Source: Octopus vulgaris
Taxonomy: Eukaryota
Length of the DNA: 64,000 nt
NCBI GenBank assembly: GCA_951406725.2
Contig: OX597822.1
Location: forward strand, 88,536,001-88,600,000
Direction: 5' to 3'
Position numbers and translations under genes: made by a program. Of this stretch, positions 38,765-52,550 are shown piece by piece (the stretch's first letter is position 1; the number at the start of each line of letters is the position of its first letter). The notes under the pieces are model-generated. The model saw nothing but the letters and a program-made list of their open reading frames with translations. It had not been told where the DNA came from and did not search any database.

Positions 38765-40025
38765 ATGAAAATTCACCGGTCTGGAACTCAGAAAAGTAAA
38801 ATTTTTAAGGAAAGAAGTGAAAAAAATGCTGTAGTATTAGCAAAAACACAACGCCTTTCAGAATTTCTTTTTTTTTTTTTTTTTTTTGCTTCGAAAAAGG
38901 AAAAAGGAAAACTCAGAAACAAATGATAAAGAATCAATACCAAATGCCCCTTTTGAAGAACTGGCTGCACTTCCAAATGCATATGCAGAAAATAGTAGTC
39001 ATGTATCAACCCAATATATTGAAGATGAAGAATCACCGCATCCTACTGACATAGATAGTAAAGTGCTGTCACGGGATGTAGACCTAGCTATGTGATTTTC
39101 TACCCGAGGAAAGTATGTGTCCATGTTCTTTCATTCAAAATCGGCTACATATAAAATGAAAAATGCCTCTTAATCCCATTCTGAATCTCGATGCATTATC
39201 AACCAGGTGGAGGCAAACCAGATGAGCAGTGTCGTTATTTTAAAAATTCTGTATTTAATACTATCCATGACAATAATAAGCAGTATTTGAGAAAGCGGCT
39301 CCAGTTACAGCCTGTCAAAGGATGCCTTACAAAAACAAAATTAGCCAGTAAATTAGTGCGTTACGAGTTCAAAGTTATGGTGTTTACCTAATGCAGTGAG
39401 GAGATCTGAAACTGAGAAATTCATCACCGCTTTCCCCTACGATTTTAGTAATGTATTCATAGAAGATATCGTACAATTTGCAGCCTTTTCTAAGTCAAAT
39501 TACATCTCAACATCACAACAGACACTTTTAATCCCTGATGAAAGGCTTGCTGATGCCTTTCCTAGTGTTGATGTAGCTCTTCGAATATATACGAGTTTGG
39601 TGGCACTCGTTGTTCAGGAGAGAGGTCATTCAGCAAACTGAGACTGATAAAGAGTTGTTTGAGAACCACGATGGCCAATGAAAGACTATGTGTTCTGTGA
39701 TTTTGGGATATAAGGAACAATGTTCTAAAGACGATGCAGTTTGAGAAATACATTAAAGATTTTTTCAAATGCCAAGTGTGGAAAGAAAGACTTTTTACAG
39801 TTATTGTTGTAGTATATAGCGGTAAAGTGGTAAAAATTGCTGTAATTAATTTAGATGATAAAATTTTGCTTCCACATCTACACTTGAACATTCTATGTGG
39901 TAACTTGTCAATTTCAATAACATGCAGTTGACGACTTTTGAGAAGTGAATTTGGTGATTTGTCAGGGAATTTAATTTTTAAACTTGAAGTGTCCCAAACC
40001 CCTTCAACGTTTAAATCCAGTCTTG
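38765..40025 (+). mobile_element. Internally deleted hAT transposon remnant
   Basis: Dimerisation domain FPSVDVALRIY...ERSFSKLRLIKSCLRTTMANERL; N-terminus SGTQKSK; hAT-like end ttaaatccagtcttg. Confidence 0.78.
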
Positions 40026-40541
40026 TGTGTGCATGCATATATGTATATATGTATACATACAATCATCTATGCATGTATGCATGTACGAATGTATGTACAT
40101 ACACACACACATATACAGTAATAACGCTGGTCAACAAGTATTTTTCATCAAGCATATATCAAGTGTACTTAATGTAGTTTTTAATGCTGCTTTCAAATAT
40201 AAATTACTTTTTTGACATCACGTACAGTTTTCAAGATGAAAAAGTTTTGGGGTTTTAGCTCATGCATTATATAGAAACTCCAATTAATGACGTGTGCATG
40301 TATTTCATTTACATCATGGAAACATACCTTTACAATTGATTACATTATTCATTGTTGCATAGTTCAGATGCAATCTTTCATCATCTTAGATTAACCAATC
40401 AAGTTTTGCCTGATGAAATAGGTATTTCAACATCTCAACTTGTCCAGTCACAATTGGTCTGATGAAATATTTCATCATCTCAAATTCAATATAAGTATAA
40501 TCGTTTGTATCTATTTCCTTACTTGTTTTACACTGTTAACA

Positions 40542-41820
40542 ATGTCGAGACAGTGTAGAAATCGTCCTGATGTATTTGTTATGTCTATGGACAATTTATT
40601 GTGAAAGCTCAAAAACGTACAATAACACCAGAGATCAAGAAGATCTATAAGCTATACTATCAGGATAAGTTATGGGCACCACATTTTATCTGCTCAGCTT
40701 GCTCAAATGGCTTACGTGAATGGTTCAATAATAATAAGTCCATTCCTTTTGACATTCCAATGATATGGAGGGAGCCGAAAGATCATTTTAATGACTGTTA
40801 TTTTTGTAAAGTAAATGTCACAGGATTTTCTATAAAGAATAAACACAAAATTGTGTATCCCAACTTGGATTCTGCAATGAGACCTGTGCCTCACAATGGA
40901 AGCCTGCCAATTCCAGTCCCACCAGATGATGGTAAGGCGGTGAGCTGGCAGAATCGTTAGCACGCCGGACGAAATGCGTAGCCGTATTTCGTCTGCCGTT
41001 ACGTTCTGAGTTCAAATTCCGCCAAGGTCGACTTTACCTTTCATCCTTTCGGGGTCGATAAATTAAGTACCAGTTACGCACTGGGGTCGATGTAATCGAC
41101 TTAATCCCTTTGTCTGTCCTTGTTTCTTGTCTCTGTGTTTAGCCCTTGTTGGTAGTAAAAAAATAGGTATTGAAACTTCAGACGATGATGCTGACTGTCA
41201 CGATAGTACTGTTGAGAAAAATTACGTGGCTGATGACGATAGCTTTGAACCTCAGAAATTTTCCCAAGCTGAACTGAATGACCTTTTCCGAGCCCTATCC
41301 CTCTCAAAAGATGAAGCAGAGCTGTTGGCATCAAGACTGAAGGAGAAGTATCTGCTAGAGAACGGTGTTCATCTAACTTATTTTCGGCAGAGAAATGTGG
41401 TTCTACAAACGTGTTTTTCTGTTGAAGGCCTGCTTTGCTTTTGCAGTAACATCGATGGACTTTTCGAATGCCATGATCCTGCAGAGTGGCGTTTATTTAT
41501 TAATTCTTCAAAACGAAGTTTAAAAGTTGTACTTTTCCATAATGGTAATTTGAAGCCCTCCATTCCTATTGCAAACTCCGTTCATCTTCATGAATCTTAC
41601 GAGAATATGGAATTTTTACTTCATGCCATTGCCTATGAAAGATACTCATAGAAAACATGTGGAGATTTAAAAGTCATTGGAATGTTAATGGGAATGCAGT
41701 CAGGTTTCACAAAATACTGCTGTTTCTTGTGTCTATGCGATAGTTGGACAACTGACAGACATTATTCAGAATCAAACTGGCAGACAACCAGGACTATCTA
41801 GCGTCAAGAATACACCTATA
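40542..41820 (+). pseudogene. Chapaev3-type (CMC) transposase pseudogene, split by a SINE
   Basis: MSRQCRNRPDVF, WREPKDHFNDCYFC, YPNLDSAMRPVPH, FSQAELNDL, ELLASRLKE, WRLFINSSKRSLK, CGDLKV, GFTKYCCFLC. Confidence 0.8.
40935..41165 (+). mobile_element. SINE family 1 tail-A monomer inserted in the transposase
   Basis: Flanks ...gatgat GGTA [SINE] GGTAttgaaact; the host frame PPDDG-IETSDDD is restored when the SINE is removed. Confidence 0.93.
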
Positions 41821-42037
41821 GTGGGAGAGGTGAAGCTAAAGATGTTGAGGTAGCAGATGAAAGAGGCATGAGGACGACATCAAAGTAAAAGAATGGGAAA
41901 GTATCGGATTGTGGTTTAAATGTTTTATTTAAACGACACTTGCATTTACTTCTTCACTACATGACGTTACCAAATTACTTCGACTTGGCTAAGAAGAAAA
42001 TAACAGGGTAGATACTGGGATCTTGCCTTGTAAATTG

Positions 42038-42461
<424 letters not shown>

Positions 42462-42709
42462 TTAGAAATAATTATGTAGTGAGAAAATACTAATCAATGA
42501 TTAATGTTATTTTAGTAATTTCTATATGTAAGGGGAACAAACGCGAATATGTTTTGACCTCATTATTCCTCCTCTACAAAGACTCCATTGTAATTACAAA
42601 AGTAATAATAATACTGAGGAACTCATTGATTAGGCGTAGATATAGAACAAAGGAACGGAATTAATGCTGAAATTAGAATGTTTGGGAGCATAAATTATTG
42701 TTAGAAATC

Positions 42710-42842
42710 ATACAAATTCCGCCGAGATTGAGTTTATCTTTCATCTATTCGGGGTCGATAAACTAAGTACCAGTTAAACATTGGAGTCGATGTAATCGAC
42801 TTACCTCCTCCCTTGAGATTGCTGGTCTTGTGCTAAAATTGT
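42710..42842 (+). mobile_element. 5'-truncated SINE family 1 (tail B)
   Basis: caaattccgccgag...ggggtcgataaactaagtaccag...cttgtgctaaaatt. Confidence 0.78.
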
Positions 42843-42853
42843 TATTATTATTA

Positions 42854-43442
42854 ATAGTAGTGGGATCCGTGGAAATTCCACGGAATAGAAAAAATTAAGA
42901 GGACCACTTTAAGAAAGAAACTATGATTTGCATTTTTATAGCATTCGTAGTTTATCATTCTTTAAATATTGTTGACGTTCGTCTATATTCATTCCTTGAC
43001 GTCTCTGTCGGTGTTGTCTTTTTCCTCTTTTCATTATATTTTCTCGCTGTTCCTCTCTGATCCGTGCTGTATATCTGCTCATCCTTTCTCGGGCAGCTTG
43101 CAACCATGATTCTTGTGAATCCAGAGTTTAGGCTAAATTAAGCCTTATAAACAAATATAAATATTTTAAATGAGCAGACGACAAATAATTGCACTTAAGC
43201 GCATGAGACGGTTGCTATGAAAAAAAAATACTTCAATAAAATTAAAAAATACTTTTCACTATCAGCCCTCTTTGTCTCTTATTGTCTTTTTCTCTCGTTC
43301 TTCGCCTCTACCGTAAGCTGACCACGTGACGCTCTACTCTTCCCCTGTTTTTTCTGCACTCCTCCCCCCCTCTCTCTCTCACTCTCTAACACTAACTAAC
43401 TAATGTATAACGGGCAAACGAACAAGCAGATTATTATATAGA
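42854..43442 (-). mobile_element. Non-autonomous Helitron
   Basis: Minus strand starts A|TCtatataataat and ends with hairpin ccgtggaa-t-ttccacgg shortly before a CTAG-like end (CTAT). Confidence 0.7.
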
Positions 43443-43445
43443 TCA

Positions 43446-45640
43446 CTAGCTGACGTACCCGGTAATTCCCGGAGAAGCTTCTCCCTTGGCTCTGTTCTCA
43501 TAATTGTTTCGCTAATCCAATAACAACAATACAAAGTATGTAGCCCTTAAAACAGTTTTTGTGCATTTACAGAGAATAGCGAATTGTCTTACATAGGATC
43601 TTGTTTTTAGGAAATCCCAATAGGTTACGAATATCCGAATCGTGAAGTCAGTTACGTAATAACATGAAATTAGTTACACGATAATAAGAATTCAAATAAA
43701 GTAGCCCCGAAAAGGGCTTTAATACGTTCCCAGAGTATAAAGAAATTAGGAGGAAATACCAATAAGGTATGTATACCAAAATCGTGAAGTATGCTACGTA
43801 ATAACAGGCTAATCGGATATAAGATAATAACACTTCAAAGAAAATAACTCTGAAAAGGGCTTTTGTGCGTTCCCAGAGAATATGACCCTTAGGGGCGCTA
43901 GTATTGAAATAGATACATAATGAATGTAGAAACAGACTGACATTTAGTTTTACAGTAGACATATAAATAAATCTACATATAGATTTTAAAATAAAACGAG
44001 AATATTAAAAATGAACCCGACCACTCTCAAAAATTAAGTTTTAAAAAAAAAAAAACAGGAAAAATAATCCAGAATCCTTGTCCGGTGCCAGATCGATCCC
44101 AAAATCTAATCAGTTTGTACCAGTCATGAGGCCAAACATCCCTGAAAGTTTCATCTGAATCCATCCAGCGGTTCTTGAGATATCTTGTCCACGAACAAAC
44201 AAACACGACTGAAGATAATACCTCCGCCTTCGCTAAGGCGGAGGTAATAGCATGTAGATTATCAATACATTTACAACACTTACAAATATTACAGTTAAAT
44301 AATAAATACCTGATGATTTGGTGAATCTTACTAAGTTTGCAGAGCTTCTTGATAAACAGCATTTTGGTCTTTCCTTGTGGGGCATAAATAAATAAATGAT
44401 TAGGATTGCCGACTCTTGAGCATCCTACATAAAGTTGGCCATGGGAGAAAACTGGTTCCACAAGGTTCAAACCTACCACATCTAAGGACTTTACCTGGGC
44501 CTTGTTAATGTTCATTGCAAAGCTCAGTTTCAACGGGAATTGCAGGCGCTTTTTATCCGAGGGAAGAAGTGGAATTCTAAGAATCTGATGGCTCACCGCT
44601 TGCTTTACCAGTCAAAATTGTTGTCTCCAAGACTGTCAGCATCATCTTTATTATAAGTCGTGTGCCATTGCAAAGCTTTGGTGGATCGAGGTTTCGAAGC
44701 AGCACAACTGGTGCTCCAACCTTGAGGTGCAAGTTGCGAGGTGGTAGGCAGGATAGTGTTAGACTATTCAAGAGTTCAACTGGATAATTCACGGCTTCGA
44801 TGTTGAGTACAGCATCAATAGAAGGTTGATGCTCAAATCATCAACTTTCACATTCTTTGGAGCTAAAATGACACAGGTTTTCAGCCAGTTGTGGTCTGTA
44901 AACTGATTCTTCGGGTTAGGAAACACCTTGTTCATTAGTTCCTTTAAATCAGGTACCATATGTCCAAAAGACAAACTTATTCGGCCATCCTTCTCGCTAA
45001 CCGAAGTGTCATTACCGACGTCCAACAGTTGCTTTGAAAAGGTTCTGTCTGCATAATCACCATTGAGCTGCAAGTCTTATGTTGGTTCTGAGTCTCAGCT
45101 TTTGCACTTTATGCTGGCATTTACCTCATCAGCTCTTGTCCCCTTTGAAACGAAGGGGAGGGTTTGTCTAAAATCTCCTGCAAGCAAGACTGGCACCTTT
45201 CTTGAGCCTGGTATTGTGTCTCAGATCCTGAAGGGCCATGTCAAGAACTTCAAAGGAAACCTTATGTCTCATTGTCACCTCATCCCAGATAATCAACCTG
45301 CATTCACCCAGAAGTTTGCCTTTCATAGAACCACGACTGATGTTGCAGTTTGCCTTCTCTTTCTTGGACAGGTCCAAAGGGAGTTTGAAACAGGAATGAG
45401 CTGTGCAGCCACCACTTAGCAGAGTTGCAGCTATTCCTTTTGACGCTACTGCTATGGTAATGTGTTTAATTTGGCGCAGTTTAGCCAGAAGAAGGATGAT
45501 GACAAATGTCTTGCCAGTTCCACCTGGAGAATCCAAAAAGAAAAGACCTCCTCTTTCACTTTCAATGCTCGAAATAATGGTATTATAAACACCCAGTTGG
45601 TCCGCCATCAGATTGTGTTCGTTATCAGCTATATACGCTG
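43446..45640 (-). mobile_element. Helitron 3' part with PIF1 helicase pseudogene (44360-45620)
   Basis: FFLDSPGGTGKT, AATLLSGG.TAHS, IIWDE, LLRNLDPPKLCNGTR, QFPLKLSFAMNINKAQ, VFSHGQLYVGCSR. 3' hairpin ccgg-gaatta-ccgg then CTAG|T at 43446. Confidence 0.93.
43994..44247 (-). mobile_element. DINE-1/HINE-like element, 3'-truncated
   Basis: ttacctccgccttagcgaaggcggagg 5' hairpin and (GTTT)n; homologous to 63631-63994. Confidence 0.8.
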
Positions 45641-45649
45641 TCCTTTCCT

Positions 45650-46190
45650 CGATGGTGCAAAAATTAACCAGGAAAAATCAGTTGGTTTGCAGCTCGGCAC
45701 CTGGAGAGGCAAGCCAACTCCTCCCAACAGTGTCGTGGGTCGCTGGACGGAAGGTCCTGTTAAATTGCTCGGGGTCTGGTTCGGTCCAGACCTCCAGATA
45801 GAGAAAAATTGGAGTGAGGTCACAGGCAAGGTGACTACCCAAACCCAGACCTAGTCTGGAAGGACGTTATCCTTGCTAGGGAGGGTGGAGGTTGCACATG
45901 TGTTTATTGCATCTGTGATAACCTACCACCTGACCGTCGTGCTTTGCCCCAATTTATGGCTGAACAAGTTGGAACGGCTTCTATTCCACTTTATGTGGAG
46001 TGGGAGACCACCACTTGCGAGGCGCTCTATCTGCTGCCAAAATCCGTTAAAGGGTGGGTTAGGGATGCCTTGGCTGATGATGCGCAAATTTGCGTTGAGG
46101 TTGAGACATCTCTGGTTTTACTTGGATGATGAACGGGTGTGGTCTCCGCACGTCAAGTTCTTCTTTCCGCAATTGGAGTCCCTGAGTGGT
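45650..46190 (+). pseudogene. Internal Tx1 ORF2 fragment (post-YADD region)
   Basis: GAKINQEKSVGLQLGTW...VKLLGVWFGPDLQ...CCQNPLKGGLGMPWL; paralogous to ~36090-36600. Confidence 0.9.
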
Positions 46191-46194
46191 CAGC

Positions 46195-47173
46195 TCGAAA
46201 ATGATTAAAACGATTTCGCAGTGGAAACCTGAGCCTTGATGATCGTGAGCGTAGTGGACGCCCATCTGTCATCGATGACGGTCAATTAAAGACCGTCATT
46301 GAGAAAGATACACGTAAAAACCACTCGAGAACTGGCAAAAGAACTTCAAGTTAACTATAAAACTGCCTATAACCATTTGCATGCGATCGGAAAATAAAAA
46401 GAAAACATCGACAAATTGGTACCACACGATTTGAATGAAAATCAGAAAATGCGCAGATATGAAATTTGCTCGTCGCTTCTTCTCCGTAACCAGACCGATC
46501 CATTTCTCGACCGTATTGTAACTTGCGATGAAAAGTGGATTCTGTACAATAATATAAAACGTTCTGCGCAGTGGTTGGACAAAAATGAAGCACCGAAAAC
46601 CTTCCCTAAACCTGAGCTCTTCAAAAAGAAAGTTATGGTGATTGTTTGATGGTGTACTGCTAGACTCATCCACTATAACTTCTCAAAACCCGGAAAAACC
46701 ATTACTACAGAAACATATTGCCATAAATTGCCAAAATGAAAAAAAAAACTGCTACTCCTCCGTTCCAGACTGGTCAACAGAAAAGGACCAATCATTCTTT
46801 ATGTCAATGCTCGACCACACGTTTCACTAATGACGCTCCAGAAGTTGAGGGAACTTGGCTACGAAGTTCTTCCCTATCCAGCTTATTCTCCAGGCCTTTC
46901 TCCTATCGGCTGTCAATTTTTCAAGAACCTTGATGGTTTCCCGCGAGAGAAGGGGTTCAAAAATCAAACCGATGCTGAAAGTGCGTTCGAAGTGTTCATC
47001 AGCTCCAGAACTCCAGATGTTTATGCTACCGGAATAAACAAACTTTCAACTCGTTGGCATAAATGTGTTGATTGTAATGGTACTTACTTTGAGGAATAAA
47101 ATTTTCGCTTTGTTGAAATATATTGTGATGAATTTCATGTGCCAAAACGTTGCTTACTTTTTACTCAGCCTGA
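46195..47173 (+). mobile_element. Mariner (DD34D) transposon, 5'-truncated pseudogene
   Basis: RSGRP, VPHDL, IVTCDEKWILY, PAYSPGLSP, RWHKCVDCNGTYF; 3' TIR ...ttactttttactcagcctga|TA. Confidence 0.93.
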
Positions 47174-50100
47174 TAACGAAATACCGTGTACCTACAAGTC
47201 ATTAGTTAGTCCTAAGTTCTCTTATAAGACGAGATGGTTACCACTGGAACACTTCATTAGAAATTTTATAGTCGTTCTACTCAGTCAGGGCTAATCTAGG
47301 GCTAAACAACATAATCCTTTGATATCCATAGCTTTGTATACCAAAAATTATATTTTTTCTTCTTTGTATACACAACAGAAATCTCAACTTTTTTTACGTT
47401 TTTTTTTTTTACAACTACATAAAAGTTTTAACCATTTTTATCACTAAAGAGGTATTCTTTCTGAATTATTTATTTACGTATTTATTTATTCAAAAGGAGG
47501 TTATTTTCTTCCACCAAAAGACTTCAGTATTTGAGTTTCTCAAAGTAATCTCATAAGTGGATACCACACACTGGGAGTTTCTCTGGTGTACGTTAAAACA
47601 ATATGCAATATTATATTGAAATAATTAATTATCAAAACAAATGCTTTTACGATGCTTTGATTTTTTTTCAACCATTAACAGTTTGAATATTCTTACTCTA
47701 GGATAACACCGAAACAAAGGGTTAACTTAACAAATCAAAGAAAGAAACCTCAGTTGTTCTTCAACTATAAGAGTTGATTTGTGATTTGAGGCAAGGCACT
47801 TTGTTCTACTTAACCTCATTCTATATACACAGCTGAAAATATGCATACCCTGCAATCTGGGTGACCCAGTACACTAAGATGGGTCAAATATTTTGTTTTG
47901 AGAATCGGTATTTTGATAGGAATGTTATGGATTCATTGCATCAATTACAAGACTTTGCCTTCTGATTTCATATTTTTCTCCCAAGAATATACATTAGTTT
48001 TGCTTCACGTTCAACTTTCTGTATATTTTTACATTCTGAACCTAACAGATTTTGTTTTCAATTTTGTCATTGTTATTTATTTTTTGCTTTTTCATTTTTA
48101 TTAGCGACATAATCTTGTGTTAATGTTCGACAGCTTTCCACTAGCATCTGCAATAGTCATAATTCAACGTAGTAAAACATATATAAACAAATAGGAAGGC
48201 CTGTAAATGTTTTTATTGTTTAAAATATTTTTGTTTGGGTTTATCGAGCAAATATTTATGTTGTTTATATATCGTTTGGTACGGAGATGACAAAAGTATA
48301 AAATGTTAACCTTATCATGAAATCTGACTTCAGTTTAAATATTTACTCTCCGATATAAAATAAATCAGAAACTAAGTCAATTATTTCTGTTTACCAAACC
48401 TTTAGCTGTTGATTGGAGACCGATAAGAAAATAGGAAAGGATGTGAAAATATTGGGAGGGTTGCAGGGAGGAGGTGTTTTGTTTGTTTTTCTTCTATTTT
48501 ATCTTATTTCTCATACATTTATGCTTTTGCACCGTTAGGACATCATTGCGAGAAAAAGGATCGTTAGATTTTAAATTATAATTGACGAATCCTATTTCTT
48601 TCTACATCTTTGTATTCTAGCGAGAGAAGTAACAAACAGTCGAATGACTAAGTTGATAAACCCATCATCAAGAGAGTTACGTGACCTAGTCCTTGTCTTG
48701 TCCCTAGTTCATTGTTAGATATTCTAGCAAGGCACTGAGCTTTCACTGGCCTCACCAGACAGCAGGATAAATTAGAAAACAAAAAATAAATCAATTCTGG
48801 AAATGTACAGCAAACGAACCAGTAATTACTTGATGGCTGACGGGTTGCAATGCAAAGAATGGGATCTCTCAATCATGAAACTTTATTTCGTGTACTTAAA
48901 TAGACCGAAATTTGAATAAGAATCCATTTAAATCCAACTGATTAATAAAAGCTGTGAATGGTCGATGGGATAGAAAAACCGACCAGCTAACCAAGATGTT
49001 TCCAGTTCATATCGTTTCTTTAACGGTATGATGTGCTCCTTGCAATACATTATATCTTACAAACAAGTCTTAACTTAGAGATAGCCGCTACGTAATAAAT
49101 CTACTGCTGTGCTCTGCGTCATTGTTGTCAAAGCCTGTTTTGTTAATTTGAAGTTCTCAGTTAAATTCCTTGTAGATAGAAAGCTACACTATCCAGATTT
49201 ATTTCAAAGATACTTAATGCTACAAAACTTATTTTATTGAAGCCTGGTCATTAATTCATCATTGGTAATACACAATATTAGTTAGGTTGCGAGTGAAGAT
49301 GAGATTGACCAGACTAGTATCTATGCAAGTTTCCATATTTTTTCATTACCCGGAACATTTTCATTTACGTGTATACAACAATTATATGAATAAAGTAGTA
49401 TACATGAGATTGTGAATGTGATGGTTAAAATCATTAATTGCATAAAATATTTTAGTTATTTATAATAAAATTGTTCATGGTTATTGAAGGGCAAAATAAG
49501 CATAAAGTGTGAGAATACCTTATCACAAAATTGATCGACAGAGTTCTGCGTAAAACCTAGGCTTATTCTATCAAGGAGTTCAAGATCTCAGCTTTTATGC
49601 CTTTCAGTCAAGATTTTGGAATCTTGGGCAAGACTATTTGGCAGGAAAATTCTCCAAACTTACTTCAAGTCTACTACTTCTTTGGTTACATTCCAGTAGA
49701 TTTAATTGGTCAAACTAGGTTTATGTAGACATAGGTGCATTTTATAGCAACAAAGTTAACTTTTCATAGTTGTTTTATTTTTATGACCTGGTGGTTCAAA
49801 ACACGGCAGAAGCCTCGCTGCACCATAGTTGAACATAAATTCAGAAAGGATTACTGTGTATCACAGAATGAAATTACTAAGTCAACAATTTGCATTACTG
49901 AAATAAAATACATGTTTCAATTTTTTTCCTCTATTCATATATTCATATAATTTCTTCCACATTGTACGGTATGTAATGAATAATCATCGGTTATTGTACA
50001 CACGATGGATTACATTCCACTGAATTTATAGGCTACACAGGCTACCGTACGAAGCAAACATTAACAGCTTACCGTTCCTTTGTTCGTTGTGCTCTCAGCT

Positions 50101-50199
50101 CTTAACGGAATCACTGGGGCGCCGATGTGACATACGGCATGTCTAAACTTAGCGGAGCACATTTCTCTCCATGCGTGAACTAGGTCGATTTCTTCCAGA

Positions 50200-50397
50200 G
50201 AAGAAGAAGAAGAAGAAGAAGAAGAAGAAGAAGAAGAAGAAGAAGAAGAAGAAGAAGAAGAAGAAGAAGAAGAAGAAGAAGAAGAAGAAGAAGAAGAAGA
50301 AGAAGAAGAAGAAGAAGAAGAAGAAGAAGAAGAAGAAGAAGAAGAAGAAGAAGAAGAAGAAGAAGAAGAAGAAGAAGAAGAAGAAGAAGAAGAAGAA
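50200..50397. repeat. Pure (GAA)~66 tract
   Basis: Uninterrupted GAA repeats. Confidence 0.98.
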
Positions 50398-52119
50398 TTA
50401 ATAACCTTGCAATGAATAAGGAGTGGGGATTCAAAAGGGAAAACAACCTGACCAGTGGCGAGTACACAGCATCTGTTACGTTGTGGACTGCTTCTTATGG
50501 AAATAGGAGATGGGTTCGAAAAAATGAGGCCCACTTCGCTATAACTTTTACAAACTATGGACAACATGAGCAGCATCATAAAATATATTTTACGGGGGAG
50601 GTATCGTATTTACTTGTGTATAATGCGAAAAAGAATAATACATCAAAATCAAAACTGGAGGTGAAAAGGTAGTATAAAACTTAAGAAAAGAAAATATTTT
50701 AGTGGTTTTGATGTACAAAAAACGGAGCTATAGTATATTTTTTATTGCATTGTACAGTGTTATTGACTCCCTTTGCAACCATTTCCTCTAAACTAGTTCG
50801 TACATTAACATCAATACACAAACATTTACATCAGATTATCCAATACTATATTTAAACGTCAGTGCTTCTGTATTATATACCACACTAAATATTTATATTA
50901 AACCTCAGGGTCTAAAATGATGTGTGGTGTGTATAAGAGAGATAAAGAGTATCTGTGTGATTATATGTACGTAGAGGAGCGTGTATGTTTGCACGAGTAT
51001 GAATGTGTGAGTTTTTCTCTGTGCGCTTGCATACGTGCGTATTTGTGTGTGCACACAAATACACACTTACGCGTACGAGTTTGTGTGAATTTAGGCTTGT
51101 GTGAAAATGTTGTGTATGCGTGCGTGTGTGTGTGTGTGAGTGCTTGTTTGTATGTTACTGTGTGTGTGTGAGTGCTTGTATGTATGTTACTGTGTACGTG
51201 TTCCACATAAGACATTGATATATATCTCAAACGATTCGTGTCAACAAACTCAACATATGCGGTCATTATGTCTCACGCTAGAAAACTAGAACTGACAAAA
51301 TTAACGTCCCCAGAGATGGAGCTATAATTGCACGGAGACGAAACAAAATTTCAAAAGAAACAGTGAGTGAGAAAGAGAAAAAAGATGGCAGAAGTAACAA
51401 AGAGCACAAGAAAAAAACATGATGTAAACAACCTCGTTTTGAAAAGAGACACTGTAGCTAAAATAATATGGCGACCTTTAAATATAAAGAAAGGATATTA
51501 GGAAAAGAGTATTGTGAAGAAAAAGTAATCACTAATCAAAGACATTCTATTCGTGGCCATCCTGTCTTTTTATTTTCGATCATATTTATTTAGAACTACA
51601 ATGAGTCATTCTCTTTTTAAGACGGTAGGGTAAGATTAGAGGAAGATTTCCCATCTATTTTTAACATGCCGAGTGTTTGTCTATATAGAGGCTTGTTCGT
51701 TTCTTGCTATGAGTGGTGTACTTTTTATTCAAAAGAGAAACTCCTTGCCCATTGCTTACTCGACGTAGAACCACATCGGAAATAGTGAACAAATGCACAC
51801 ACTGACATAGATTTCGCTATCTCTCTACCAATAGATTTTAGGAAATTTTTCCCGCATTGCAAATTTTTAATGAATTTTTTTTATAGCTACACCAAGAGTG
51901 GAAGAAAAGCACTCATGGCTCTTTTTTTTTCTTTTTTACGTCTCGGAAATTGATGAAACATAAGAGGAATAAACCACAACTTATAAGTAATCCTCAAGCC
52001 ACAGATAAGTTCCAAATGAATGCAACAGAGTGAAAACTACTTTTAAGGTATCTTAAGACCAATAGTTAAACCACGTGTTAGATCAGGTGATGTATAACAC
52101 CTAAGGACAAATACAATTC

Positions 52120-52280
52120 ATCCAACAGGCTTCCACGCAGTTTCCTTTAACCCAGTTTCACTCGCACGACTTGTGTCGACCCAAGGCTCTGGCTGAGGAT
52201 ACTTACCCAAGGTGCCGCGAAGTAGGAGCGAACCTGGAAAACGTAACTGTAAAGCAAATGTTTTTAACCATACAGTCATA
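52120..52280 (-). mobile_element. SINE family 2 head fragment
   Basis: ttccacgcagtttcc...acttacccaaggtgccgc...gaacctgga...ttaaccatacagtca. Confidence 0.7.
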
Positions 52281-52354
52281 AAATTATTAGTATCGGAAAT
52301 GAGATTGAGGGACGTTCAGATACTAAGGGATTGATGATAACGTCATGGATGGCT

Positions 52355-52550
52355 TCAAACTCTGGCACAAGACCAGAAATTTTAAGAGAGATGTGAGTCG
52401 ATTATACCGACTCCAGTATTCGACTGGTAATTATTTTATCGACCCTGAAAGGATAAAAGGCATTGTCGACCTCGAGAGAAGTTTAACCCAATGCCGGAAG
52501 AAATGCCGCTAAACATTTTATCCGACACGCTTATGATTCTACCAGCTCTC
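52355..52550 (-). mobile_element. Decayed SINE family 1 monomer (tail B)
   Basis: tggcacaagaccagaaatt...tcgaccctgaaaggataaaaggc...ctaccagctc. Confidence 0.8.

Noticed and set aside
50171-50401. Poly-Lys, poly-Leu and poly-Ser ORFs
   Set aside because: They are three frames of the (GAA)n tract.
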